In this document: positions 18,397 through 28,385 of the stretch, piece by piece | Numbering within the stretch: the first letter of the stretch is position 1 | Layout of the letters: every line of letters begins with the position of its first letter | Assembly (NCBI GenBank): GCA_963806435.1 | Contig: CAWEBD010000128.1 | Span: 14,466-78,465 of the forward strand | DNA: 64,000 nucleotides | Reading direction: 5' to 3' | Source: an uncultured Bacteroidota bacterium | Lineage (GTDB): Bacteria > Bacteroidota > Ignavibacteria > Kryptoniales > JAKASW01 | Program-made: the position numbers and the translations under genes | Notes under the pieces: generated by a model | The model's database searches: none | The model's input: only the letters and a program-made list of their open reading frames with translations | Told to the model about the DNA's origin: nothing

Positions 18397-19011
18397 TTAC
18401 TTTACGGTTATCTTTCCGTTGTCCTCCGGGGACAAATTTTGGTGCAGCGTCATCTCAGCCGCTACGGTCTCCACAGATTCATATGCCTCAAGCGCCGCCG
18501 CCGCGTTCTCGTCCTGCTTCATCGGAACGCCTTCGCGTATCGCTTCCACTATTGCCTCTATCCCGACTACTCCGGAAAATTTCGCGAACGCCCCGAGTAT
18601 CGACGTGTTCACGATAGGCATGCTCTTCGTTCCCAGTCCGTGTTTCGCTGCGATCCCGCCCGCGTCGACCGCCGCAGCAGAATAATCTTGAGGAAAGTCA
18701 AACATGCTGAGCGGACTTGACGTGTTGATAAGGATCGTCCCGCCTCTCTTCAAACCTGAAAACACGTTCGTGGACTTCACCAGAGTCGCGTCGAGTATTA
18801 TGAGATGGTCTGGTTCGTAGATCGCGGTCCGCAGCCTGATCGGTTTGTCGTCCACCCTCGTGAAGGCGAGCACAGGAGCTCCCCTTCTCTCGACCCCGAA
18901 CGAAGGAAACGACTGCGCGAATCTCCCTTCCTTGAAAATCGCCGACGCGAGAATCTTAGCGGCTATCACCCCGCCCTGACCGCCTCTGCCGTGCATCCTG
19001 ATTTCAATCAT
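18397..19011 (-). CDS. porC: 2-oxoacid oxidoreductase gamma subunit
   Basis: MIEIRMHGRGGQG, FGVERRGAPV, NTSILGA; start at ATG 19011 after GGAG. Confidence 0.92.
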   Translation of the reverse strand: MIEIRMHGRGGQGGVIAAKILASAIFKEGRFAQSFPSFGVERRGAPVLAFTRVDDKPIRLRTAIYEPDHLIILDATLVKSTNVFSGLKRGGTILINTSSPLSMFDFPQDYSAAAVDAGGIAAKHGLGTKSMPIVNTSILGAFAKFSGVVGIEAIVEAIREGVPMKQDENAAAALEAYESVETVAAEMTLHQNLSPEDNGKITVK

Positions 19012-19600
19012 CCTTGTTCTCCTCCCGCATTTTGTGCCAAGGGCAAGTTTGTCCGCCGGTTGTGTCCGAAGGATCGCTTCGTCGGCCCGGCAGGCCTTAT
19101 GTGAACTGAAGGATTCACTGAGAAGTGCGTCAAATGCCGTGCCCGCAAAATCATCACATTTCAACCGAATTCAAACTTCTTGGTCGGATAATTACACGTC
19201 CCGATGCGACAAGTTGCCACACCTGTTCCCTTATGAGGACATGTCCGGCTTCTGCCCCTCTCGCGTTGGCACGCGGGATTTTCTCCCCAAGATGCCCAAT
19301 TCAAACCATAAATAGTGTCCTGAATTCGTGCAGGACTCACAAGAGCGGTTCCTTATTGTCATTCCCGCCGGAGTTTACTGCCCGATACGGGATGGGAATG
19401 TCGAGCGCGTAGTTCGCTCTCTATGCGAGTGAGGTATCGGAATGAAATCGTTTCAAATCAGGGCCCAACCTGGCCGTGAATATTACATCGATTTTCACGA
19501 AATTGGTTACAGCTCACTCGATCATAATGGAAATGCTGTTAACAATAATGTGCTGCCGGTTTACAATTCTGAACTGACGCCCCAGGATTACCCTATTGAA

Positions 19601-21011
19601 ATGACATACCTAGTCGACACTCACTCGCACCTAAATCACGAAAAATTTCCGGATGTTGGCGAGACACTGGACAAAGCCGCCGCGGCCGGAGTTGAATACA
19701 TCATCGTCCCCGGATGGGATCTCCGCTCGAGCGAGAAAGCCATTGAGCTTGCGAACAAATTCGAGAAGGTCTTCGCCGCCGTCGGTTATCACCCGCACGA
19801 CGCGTCGAAAGCAGACGACGGGGCGCTGAAGAAAATCGCCGAGATGTCTTCCCACGAAAAGGTCGTGGCCATCGGAGAGATCGGACTCGATTATCATTAC
19901 AACCTTTCACCGCCCGAAGTTCAGAAGAAGATCTTCGAAGCGCAGATAGAGATAGCGAAGTCGGTGAAGCTTCCCGTCTCCATCCACAATCGCGAGTCGG
20001 ACTCCGACCTCATGGAAATCCTGGAGAGACAGGTCCTGGGCGGGTGGGTCCTTCCGCGCAGGTTCGATTACCAGGTCAGGCTCCAGCCGAGGGGCGTACT
20101 GCACAGTTTCAACTCCACTTACGAGATCGCTCGCCGGGCGGCGGCACTCGGTTTCTACCTCGGCATAAGCGGCATGGTGACTTTCGGAAAGGACGGCAAA
20201 TCGGAACTTGCAAAAGGTCGTGGCCGCAATCGAGCCCGAGCATTTCCTAACCGAGACAGATGCACCGTACCTCGCCCCGGTTCCGCACCGCGGAAAGGAC
20301 AACGAACCTGCCTTCGTGCCCTACATCGTCGAAAAGATCGCGCAGCTTCAGGAACTGACCGTCGAGGATATTCGCCGGATCACATCATACAACGCTTACA
20401 AACTCTTCGGCGTCGGCGAGAAGCCGCAGCCTAAGATCGCGTATCAAATCCGGAATTCCCTCTACCTCAACCTCACATTGCGATGCGACGCCGACTGTAT
20501 ATTCTGTGATCGCAAGGGCGAAGCGATGGTGAAAGGTCACAATCTCCACATCGAGAAAGAGCCGACCCCGGAAGAGCTCATTCGAGAAATCGGAGACCCG
20601 AAGAAGTTCAAGGAAATTGTCTTCTGCGGATACGGCGAACCGACGATCCGGCTCGACGTCGTCAAGGATGTCGCACGATATATCAAAGAGAAAGGCGGCA
20701 AGACGAGACTCGACACCGATGGCCACGGCAACATAATCAACCATCGCGACATCCTCCCCGAGATAAAGGGACTGATCGACTCCGTCTCAATAAGTCTTAA
20801 CTCCACGGATCCGGACGAGTATCGCAAGCTTATGGGAACTCCGAACGGCAAGCAGTGGGATTCTATGCTCGAATTCGCGAAGAGAGCGAAGGACTACGTC
20901 CCGAAGGTTTACATGAGCGTCGTCGGTGTCGACGGACTTGACGTCGAGTCCGCGAAGGAATTTGTGGAAAAGAAGGTAGGCGCGGAGTTCAGGTTCAGGC
21001 CGCTGTTCTGA
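19601..21011 (+). pseudogene. tatD: TatD-family hydrolase fused to a radical SAM domain, broken by one extra base near 20203-20210 (frameshift or sequencing error)
   Basis: First frame has DTHSH, GYHPH, GEIGLDY, HNR, HSF. The shifted frame has the TatD end ETDAPYLAP...NEPA, then CDADCIFC and EIVFCGYGEPT. Confidence 0.8.
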
Positions 21012-21037
21012 AATGACAGAAATGTGAGAGAAGGGAC

Positions 21038-21934
21038 ATGAACTTCCCCGTCTGGTGGCGACTCATGAGGCCTCACACTCTCACCGCCGCGGTAATGCCG
21101 GTCCTCATAGGGACTTCGATTGCTTACTCGGACGGAGCATTCAGCCTCCCCCTTTTCGCGGCGATGATGACGGCATCCCTCCTCATACAGTCCGCGGTGA
21201 ACATGTTCAACGAGTATTTCGATTACAAGCGCGGACTCGATTCGGTTGAATCTGTAGGAATCGGCGGCGTTATCGTTCGCGACGAATTGCACGAGAAAAC
21301 CGTCCTGCGGACCGCCGTGATTTTCTTCTCGTTCGCGGTTATTCTCGGAGTGTACATCTGTATCAGAACGAGCTGGTGGATCGCCGCCGTAGGTACTGCC
21401 AGCATGGCTGTGGGCTATTTCTATTCCGCCGGCAAATATCCGCTTGCCTACACGGCACTTGGGGAAACCGCGGCTGGTATCTTCATGGGACCGGTGATCG
21501 TGCTGATCGCGTATTTCATCCAGCGAGATACTATTACACTTCCGGCCGTTCTCCTTTCCGTTCCCATCTCGATCCTCGTGGGCGCGATACTACTGGCAAA
21601 CAATATCAGGGACGCGGAAGGCGACGCGAGGAAGGGTAGAGGGACGCTGGCAATCCTCTGGGGACGTGAAAAGGCGATCATATTCCTGAACAGGATGTTC
21701 ATGACAGGTTACATCTGGACGGTCGGACTTGTCCTCTTCAGAGTGGCGAGCCCCTGGACTCTCCTCGTGTTCCTTGGATTTCCGAAGGCGACCCGGTCAA
21801 TTAACCTTTTCCGGGCTGGCCTCACCCCATCCGAGATGATGCCGGGAATGAAGGCAACGTCTCAACTCCATTTACAGTTCGGCATCCTCTTTTCGATAGG
21901 AATTCTTCTCGGCAAGTTTCTTCCCATCAATTGA
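21038..21934 (+). CDS. menA: 1,4-dihydroxy-2-naphthoate prenyltransferase
   Basis: RPHTL, NEYFDYKRGLD, LANNIRDAEGD; multi-pass hydrophobic. Confidence 0.92.
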   Translation: MNFPVWWRLMRPHTLTAAVMPVLIGTSIAYSDGAFSLPLFAAMMTASLLIQSAVNMFNEYFDYKRGLDSVESVGIGGVIVRDELHEKTVLRTAVIFFSFAVILGVYICIRTSWWIAAVGTASMAVGYFYSAGKYPLAYTALGETAAGIFMGPVIVLIAYFIQRDTITLPAVLLSVPISILVGAILLANNIRDAEGDARKGRGTLAILWGREKAIIFLNRMFMTGYIWTVGLVLFRVASPWTLLVFLGFPKATRSINLFRAGLTPSEMMPGMKATSQLHLQFGILFSIGILLGKFLPIN

Positions 21935-22239
21935 TAACCCCTTCGCCACTCAGCCGTTCATCTGGGACAAAGGTCGTCCCTTGGTTTCATGCAGCGCCAT
22001 GATAGCGACCATATAGAAAAACGGATCGGGCCTTCATTTGGCCCGGAAAGCGGTCGGAGTCACAACGGGTGCAGCTGAGAGCGACGTTTGCAGCGGGGAG
22101 AGCAACAGGACACTGGCAGCGCATTCCCTGTTGCCAAAATCCCGCGGGTTCCGCGTTACTTACCGGAATTCAATAGATCGCCTTGGTAAGCTGTTGCTGC
22201 GTTCTACAATACAGCCTCCCAGAGAACAGGTTCTTCGAG

Positions 22240-22274
22240 AAAAGCAAAAGAGTCCCGCCTCACGACGGGACTCT
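22240..22274 (-). terminator. Intrinsic terminator
   Basis: GAGTCCCG-N7-CGGGACTC hairpin followed on the minus strand by TTTTGCTTTT; lies downstream of the T9SS cargo gene. Confidence 0.7.
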
Positions 22275-22413
22275 CGAATAGATTTGATTCTTTGGGCTCC
22301 CTGCCTCAAGAGAAGCCATTCCGTAACGAATTGGATTCCATTTGAAATGGTCCCAATTATTTTACTAGCAGCCCCGCTAAAGAACACGCGGGATTTCTGA
22401 TCAAGTAACATAA

Positions 22414-25400
22414 TTACTTGATCATCAACATTTTTTTCGTGATGACGTGGCTGCCCGACGTCAACCGGTAGAAGTAGACTCCGCTTGCAAGCCTCGAACC
22501 GTCAAAAGCGACTTGATATCTGCCCACTCTTTGGTTTTCGTTAACGAGGATTCCCACTACCCTTCCGAGCACGTCGTAGATTTTCAGACTAACCATTCCA
22601 TCCTTTGGAATGGCGTAACTGATTACAGTGGTAGGATTGAAGGGATTAGGGTAATTTTGCATTAGACCGTAATCAGTGATCATGTCTAGCTCCAACTGCT
22701 TGAGCACCATTCCTTCTGTGGTCATTCCGTCCACCACATTCACATCCGCAAGACTCTTCACCAGAGTCACACCAGCACTGTCAAGGCTTGTACCGATCGT
22801 GATTCTCAGTTTGACCTTTTCCTTCTTAAGACCATCAAGGCTGAGAAGATATGGGGTCGAAGCATAGCCATGCGCGGTAGTCGCAGTCAAAGTGGCACCC
22901 TTCACACTACCGATAATGCTGCCGGAGGCGGCGTCCAGCAAATCAATCGCCCAGGAGACTTCCCCATTGTCTCCAAGGATATTAGAGACGACCGAAGAAT
23001 CGGCAAATCCACAATCTTCAATAAAAACTAATTTCGACTTATCGGTAATTTCAAACGGTTCTGTCATGAGCGCTCTGTTAATGCCAGCTAGCTTGCTGTA
23101 GTCGACGCTGTCTGGAGCGTCAATGAAGCCTATAGTCTTCCCGTCCGCAGTGAGATTACCGAACGAATAATAGAAATGTAAATTTCCGCTCCCGATTATA
23201 GCCCCTCTGCCATAACTCAATTGGACAGGAGTACTCTTCGGAAGATAACTGGATATCGCGTTGGATGTGGCAAAATAATATGGTGCAGCAAAGGGGTAAA
23301 AAGCCGAAACGTACATGACGCTTGAATAATTGCTGTAAAAGTGCGGGCCGTTGGACAATTGGACCTCCTTCCCGGTTGTGTTGAGGGTGGCTATGGTCGA
23401 GCCGTCGCTCGCCTTATTTACCCATGTCAGACCGCCATAATAGCTTTCGCTCCATGCAAAGTAAGAATGGATACTGCCATCCGTGTTGTCAGTCAAATTA
23501 ATAGAAGTCGATTGCGGGTTGTACCCAAACTCGTATACTGGCGAAAGACCAAACACAGGAAGGTTTGATCCCGTACGATATATGTTCTTAACGTTATACT
23601 GGTCTCTTATGCCGGACTTGTCTCCGATCCAGGTCGCTTTCCAATCGCCATCGCCAGCCATACCGATGATTGAAGGCTTGTAATTCGCCAGGTATGCGGC
23701 GTTTGAAATTGTCTGAATTGGACCGAGATTCGTAACCCACCAATAACCCTGATCCTGGTAAATCTTCACGTAACGATATCGAATCGAGCTCGAATACGAA
23801 CTAACATGGTTTTCCCATGCAAGATGATATTCGTAATGCGAATTCCCTTTGTTTCCGTATACAGTTGGGGTTGTGTTTATGCTGGAGTTATCGCTGATCA
23901 GGAAGGGCCCGTTGTGAGAGACCGGGCTGTAAAGGGCGCCGCAAACGATATTTATTCCCGCTGGATTAGTCGATCCGTTCTTTCGCTCGAACGCCACCAC
24001 ATAAGTATTCCCGAAGCCGCACGAGATACTCGGGTTGGCATCGACTGAGTAGGCGTCGCCGTTGGTGGAATTTTCGTAATAGATAGTATTGTCATAGGAA
24101 TATGGCAGATACGAGCTGCCGTTCGGATAAAATGATCGAAGCTCAATTGTGTACGTCGAATTTCCCTCGTGCGATTGCTGCTGGAATACAATTAGTACAG
24201 TTGCGCCGTTGTAATCGATAGAGGGGCATTTCCCACCGTTTCCAAAATCAAGGGGCTGGCCGCCGTTCCCAAGGGTCCAGTTCACTCCATTATTTGTGCT
24301 ATACTCGTACCAGACATGTCCCATGCTCTGATAGACCATGTGCTGGTATCTTGTAATATTCGGAAAAGCCCCGGTAAAAGTCTGCACAAATTTCCGCTGG
24401 CTGTTGTTGCTGAAGGCGGAGGCGTCGTTGGAAATGTGGATCCCCTTGAAGTTGACGGTTAGATTAACCGGGCTTGATGTTACATAACGTGGGTTCTGAG
24501 TATTTCCGTCGTTCCAGTTCAAGAAAACATCGAGACTGCTGGCCGGAATTCCAGTAAGCTGCACTCTCATTTGTGCGTCAGCGAGTTGTACAAAGTTCGT
24601 GAAGGATGTTGCTTGATGAGTATCGAATCCAGTCATGCTTATGCTTCCACCACTCTTCCCCTCTGGATAGTTCACTTGAGCAGTGGTTACGATCGCTGAA
24701 GCGTATCTCGCTATCATTTCGGTTGAGCCGCCGACTGTCAACGGATAAGGATTTATCGTCACCTCCTGCCCCGTTGTTCCTTGTTTCCACGTTTGATGTA
24801 CCCACCAAAGCTGTGGATTGCTTGCATCGTTTTTCTCTTTTGCACCTTGGTCTTGACTGAGCAACGAGTGATTAGTTCCGTTCTGCCATAGTCCAGAGGA
24901 TCCCGAAACGACATTGCCGAGGTTGTCAACACCAATGACTCCGGCATTGAAGTTGTTTTTCAGGTTGACCGCGTTTGTGCTTGTAATCTCTTTAGCAGCC
25001 CAGAGCATCAAACCTGCAGTAGCTTTTATAGCCTGCGGAAAACAAAAGTTAAAAATAGCAGGAGCCGTGCTCGCATCGACAGCGCCACCAGCTGGATATC
25101 CGGCCGATGGAATCCCGTTATGTCCTGCAATTGTCTGCCATTGACTCAAGTACGCAAGCTCATCGCTCGTTCCGTTACCTCCGAATGTACCATCACCTGG
25201 AATATTGTAAGGGCCATTACTTGAGAACCAATCCGCAATCTGGTTCGTTGTGTACATTAGAAAGTGAAGAGGATTCGTGCTGCCATAAGCGTAGGGATTG
25301 ACAAACGTCCCCACATTGCTCGCGTTGTACGACGAATAATGAGCCGGAGTGTAATCATGTTCATAGTAATCCTGCTTTATACCGGGATCATCCGAGCCGT

Positions 25401-26310
25401 GTATATCTCTGTGGGCATGAGCGGGAACTGACATGTCCTGAAGATAGTGGCAAAGTCTGCCAAGCACATCAAATACGACAAAATCTCGCTGTTGATCTGT
25501 CAGTATGACATAACCAACGTCTTGCCAATTAGGTGTCCAGTTTTGCTGCCAAAACGAACCATACCTTTGATCAACCGCCCATTTCAAATAGACTCTCTTT
25601 GTTGAATATACCTGCCATAAATTGTTGTATTGTAGATATACAAGCCCGAGTTTCATGCCGTTCCATGGATCACCGAACGCGGCGTCTACTACATCGGACA
25701 CGTTTACAGTACCACCAGACTCTTTATTGAAAACAAAGTTGTTGCCCGAAATATCACCAGGAATTATGAAAGCATATTTCACTCCGTCACTGTAAAGCGC
25801 TGCAGTGGCTTGATATGCGTTAGGAACATTGAAGATATAAAATGGAGTTTGGACACCCAAGACATCGTAAGTGCCTCGTATCTGACTTTGCTCGGCGTCT
25901 CCATTATCACTCATCCAAAAATGTGTAACGCTTACGAAAGGGTCAGAAATACTGAAGAGGCCCGCCATTTGTCCGAAACCGGCTGGTTGGAAAGTCGGGT
26001 TGTTGGCTCCGTTGTAAAGGTAGACAGCGTCATTGTGGTCAGCATCATAAGCACCAGCAAGAACCTTGCTCCCGACGAATGGAATATTTCTCTGCTCCGT
26101 GGTACCGAGATGGCTCTGAAGAGTCGAAAGAAATGTGGGGAGTGCTATTCCATTTTGATTTTGCAGAAGATTGAACGCTTCCCTGGTAATATACTGATGC
26201 TGATCCTCGTTGTACTGAACCCGTGGTGGTTGGGTCTCCCTGTTCGCATTTTGTGAGAACGCTTGAGAGGTCAAGAATAATGCTAAAAAGAAAAACAATA
26301 AACATTTCAT
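22414..26310 (-). CDS. Large secreted protein: N-terminal Zn-dependent phospholipase C/P1 nuclease-like domain, beta-rich middle, T9SS type A C-terminal sorting domain
   Basis: Signal peptide MKCLLFFFLALF after GGAGG; HQYIT, GAYDAD, THFW, LGRLCHYLQDMSVPAH, DYYE; C-terminal QNYPNPFNPTT...LASGVYFYRL...TKKMLMIK. Confidence 0.75.
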   Translation of the reverse strand: MKCLLFFFLALFLTSQAFSQNANRETQPPRVQYNEDQHQYITREAFNLLQNQNGIALPTFLSTLQSHLGTTEQRNIPFVGSKVLAGAYDADHNDAVYLYNGANNPTFQPAGFGQMAGLFSISDPFVSVTHFWMSDNGDAEQSQIRGTYDVLGVQTPFYIFNVPNAYQATAALYSDGVKYAFIIPGDISGNNFVFNKESGGTVNVSDVVDAAFGDPWNGMKLGLVYLQYNNLWQVYSTKRVYLKWAVDQRYGSFWQQNWTPNWQDVGYVILTDQQRDFVVFDVLGRLCHYLQDMSVPAHAHRDIHGSDDPGIKQDYYEHDYTPAHYSSYNASNVGTFVNPYAYGSTNPLHFLMYTTNQIADWFSSNGPYNIPGDGTFGGNGTSDELAYLSQWQTIAGHNGIPSAGYPAGGAVDASTAPAIFNFCFPQAIKATAGLMLWAAKEITSTNAVNLKNNFNAGVIGVDNLGNVVSGSSGLWQNGTNHSLLSQDQGAKEKNDASNPQLWWVHQTWKQGTTGQEVTINPYPLTVGGSTEMIARYASAIVTTAQVNYPEGKSGGSISMTGFDTHQATSFTNFVQLADAQMRVQLTGIPASSLDVFLNWNDGNTQNPRYVTSSPVNLTVNFKGIHISNDASAFSNNSQRKFVQTFTGAFPNITRYQHMVYQSMGHVWYEYSTNNGVNWTLGNGGQPLDFGNGGKCPSIDYNGATVLIVFQQQSHEGNSTYTIELRSFYPNGSSYLPYSYDNTIYYENSTNGDAYSVDANPSISCGFGNTYVVAFERKNGSTNPAGINIVCGALYSPVSHNGPFLISDNSSINTTPTVYGNKGNSHYEYHLAWENHVSSYSSSIRYRYVKIYQDQGYWWVTNLGPIQTISNAAYLANYKPSIIGMAGDGDWKATWIGDKSGIRDQYNVKNIYRTGSNLPVFGLSPVYEFGYNPQSTSINLTDNTDGSIHSYFAWSESYYGGLTWVNKASDGSTIATLNTTGKEVQLSNGPHFYSNYSSVMYVSAFYPFAAPYYFATSNAISSYLPKSTPVQLSYGRGAIIGSGNLHFYYSFGNLTADGKTIGFIDAPDSVDYSKLAGINRALMTEPFEITDKSKLVFIEDCGFADSSVVSNILGDNGEVSWAIDLLDAASGSIIGSVKGATLTATTAHGYASTPYLLSLDGLKKEKVKLRITIGTSLDSAGVTLVKSLADVNVVDGMTTEGMVLKQLELDMITDYGLMQNYPNPFNPTTVISYAIPKDGMVSLKIYDVLGRVVGILVNENQRVGRYQVAFDGSRLASGVYFYRLTSGSHVITKKMLMIK

Positions 26311-26338
26311 AACTAGCCCTCCTGAGCCTTGATTTGCC

Positions 26339-27655
26339 CTATTTGTAGTGATAAACGTACGAGTACCATCCATCATAACCTAGAATGAACACCTCGGACG
26401 AATTCAACCAAACAGATGCGAGGTCTATAGCCGGCGGGATATAAGGAAGACCAGCAGGTCTGTTCCATGATTCACCGTCATACAGATAGACGCTGCCAGA
26501 GAGCCCAACCGCATAAAGACTTTGATCTGAAACTCCTTTAACATCTGCTAACTGATACTGGGGATTGAAAATAAGATTCCAACTATCCCCTGATTTCTCA
26601 TATAGTCCTGTTCCCCAGCTGTAAGTTTTCGTTTGAGTACCCCAAATTCCCGCAGTCCCAAATCTTGTCAAATTCCCTACAGCATCATACGTGGAATCAA
26701 GAATTGAGTAACCCATTGGGGTAAGTCTCAGCAGGTATTTCCATGATAAGCTGCCGTAAGGGGGTATTAGTCTTGCGCCAATGCAATAGACCTCACTACT
26801 AGACCGTCCCCAAATCCGATCGTAGTACATGGTGGTATCGTTCGGTGCAATCTTATGCCAGACTGTACCATCGTAATGGAACAATGAGCCCCACCAACCC
26901 CCGGCATATATATCAGTTTCACTTGAACCCCATATGTAAAACAAAGGCCTTCCACCATAGGCATCCTGTATCGTCCAATGCGTGCCGTCCCAATGCCCGA
27001 TGAACGAACTATCGGTATCAAAGTAACGAACCGAGTCACCGGTTGTGTCAGTGAATGGATACGATCTCCATCCAACCACCCAGAAATTGTTTTCGTCAAT
27101 TCCCCAGACTCCATAAAAATCACGAATTCCTTGTCCGTAGAAGTAATCCGCCGGATTTGTCTGGAACATAGCCCATCTCTTTCCGTCCCATTCCCATAAC
27201 GCCCTGTCGTGTCCAACCGCGAGCACCTTTCCGTCGGCAAAGCCCCAAGACTGATCCATGACTAGCTGAAGGCCATAAGGATTTTTCAATGTATCCACTG
27301 TCCAACCATGGCCGATGGTAACTTCAATTGGTTCACTTTCATCTACCTCCTTTGAGCCAGCCATCCTGTAAGCACGATAAGTGTAAGTTTCTGTCTGTAA
27401 GATGCGCAAGTCTGTGATAACTGTGTCCAAGCCAGATAAATTGCCAATAGCCACTGTATCCACATCGCGTTTCACCATGAACCCTCTCGGTTCGTTGTGG
27501 TCCGTGAAACTTACTTTTAACTGGACGCCGGCCGTCGAATCCTGAATGAGGCTTAGTAGAACTGTCGGATTATGAGATGGTGGGCCAAGCAGATTACAAC
27601 TTTCCGACAGAATCGCCGGCATCAAGAGAATACCCAGTAGAGATATTTTTGTCAT
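26339..27655 (-). CDS. Putative lipoprotein with beta-propeller-type repeats
   Basis: Hydrophobic N-terminus ending SESC; repeats VWGIDENNFWVVG, IWGSSETDIYAGG, IWGRSSSEVYCIG, VKGVSDQSLYAVG. Confidence 0.7.
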   Translation of the reverse strand: MTKISLLGILLMPAILSESCNLLGPPSHNPTVLLSLIQDSTAGVQLKVSFTDHNEPRGFMVKRDVDTVAIGNLSGLDTVITDLRILQTETYTYRAYRMAGSKEVDESEPIEVTIGHGWTVDTLKNPYGLQLVMDQSWGFADGKVLAVGHDRALWEWDGKRWAMFQTNPADYFYGQGIRDFYGVWGIDENNFWVVGWRSYPFTDTTGDSVRYFDTDSSFIGHWDGTHWTIQDAYGGRPLFYIWGSSETDIYAGGWWGSLFHYDGTVWHKIAPNDTTMYYDRIWGRSSSEVYCIGARLIPPYGSLSWKYLLRLTPMGYSILDSTYDAVGNLTRFGTAGIWGTQTKTYSWGTGLYEKSGDSWNLIFNPQYQLADVKGVSDQSLYAVGLSGSVYLYDGESWNRPAGLPYIPPAIDLASVWLNSSEVFILGYDGWYSYVYHYK

Positions 27656-28385
27656 AACTGGAGTTCACCCCGAAAAATGGAGACGGAGTTAAGCAACAGT
27701 TGGCAGTTCATTTTCACAAGTTCCCTTCTGTTCCGCTGTACAATGTTCATGTGGAATTACGCAACCTCGAGTCTTACACGAGAGCCATTTGGGGGTGAAT
27801 CGCGCTGCCCCTTTAGCCTCCTTACCGCCTGACGAGAGAAATTAGGGTGGTACTCCCACTTTGTCAAGTATATTTACGAACATCCCCGTAGCTCTACGCC
27901 TCAAGATGCAACTGCCCGTCCAGATTCGTGTACGGTATCGCCTCGGCTATGTGCTCAGGGAGTAAGTTATCGGTGCCGGCAAGGACTGCTGTCGTCTTGA
28001 CCCCAGGTATGCTGTCATACGCCCGGGCGCTCAAAGCGAGTTTTTATCTCCTGATTCACCATATCCCACCGCGCATTATCCGCCCGGCGGAATTGCCTGA
28101 TCTTTTTTCCCTGCCCGCACGCAGCGGCTTCGTCGAGGGTGAGGGAGATGACACAGGATAAAACACGACCACCACGGATAAAATTACTATTAATAGACCA
28201 ATCTGCGAGAATCCGTTTTTTTCCGTCGATTCCGCGTGCGGGAGTTGAAAGCTGCATTCAACCGCATAGCTTACAAGCGGACCTGTTCCGAGCCAGATTA
28301 GTCCACCACCAAAGCCCCCGCATTATTGTATTTTAGCGGGCATGAAGATAAATTCGGATACACACGTAAGGCTGGAACTGACCGA

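Noticed and set aside
22137-22395. 14-bp imperfect inverted repeat (AAATCCCGCGGGTT / AACACGCGGGATTT) suggesting a MITE
   Set aside because: No target duplication or second full copy seen; could be chance
27760-28380. Long intergenic region as an ncRNA
   Set aside because: No recognisable RNA family; explained as a divergent promoter region
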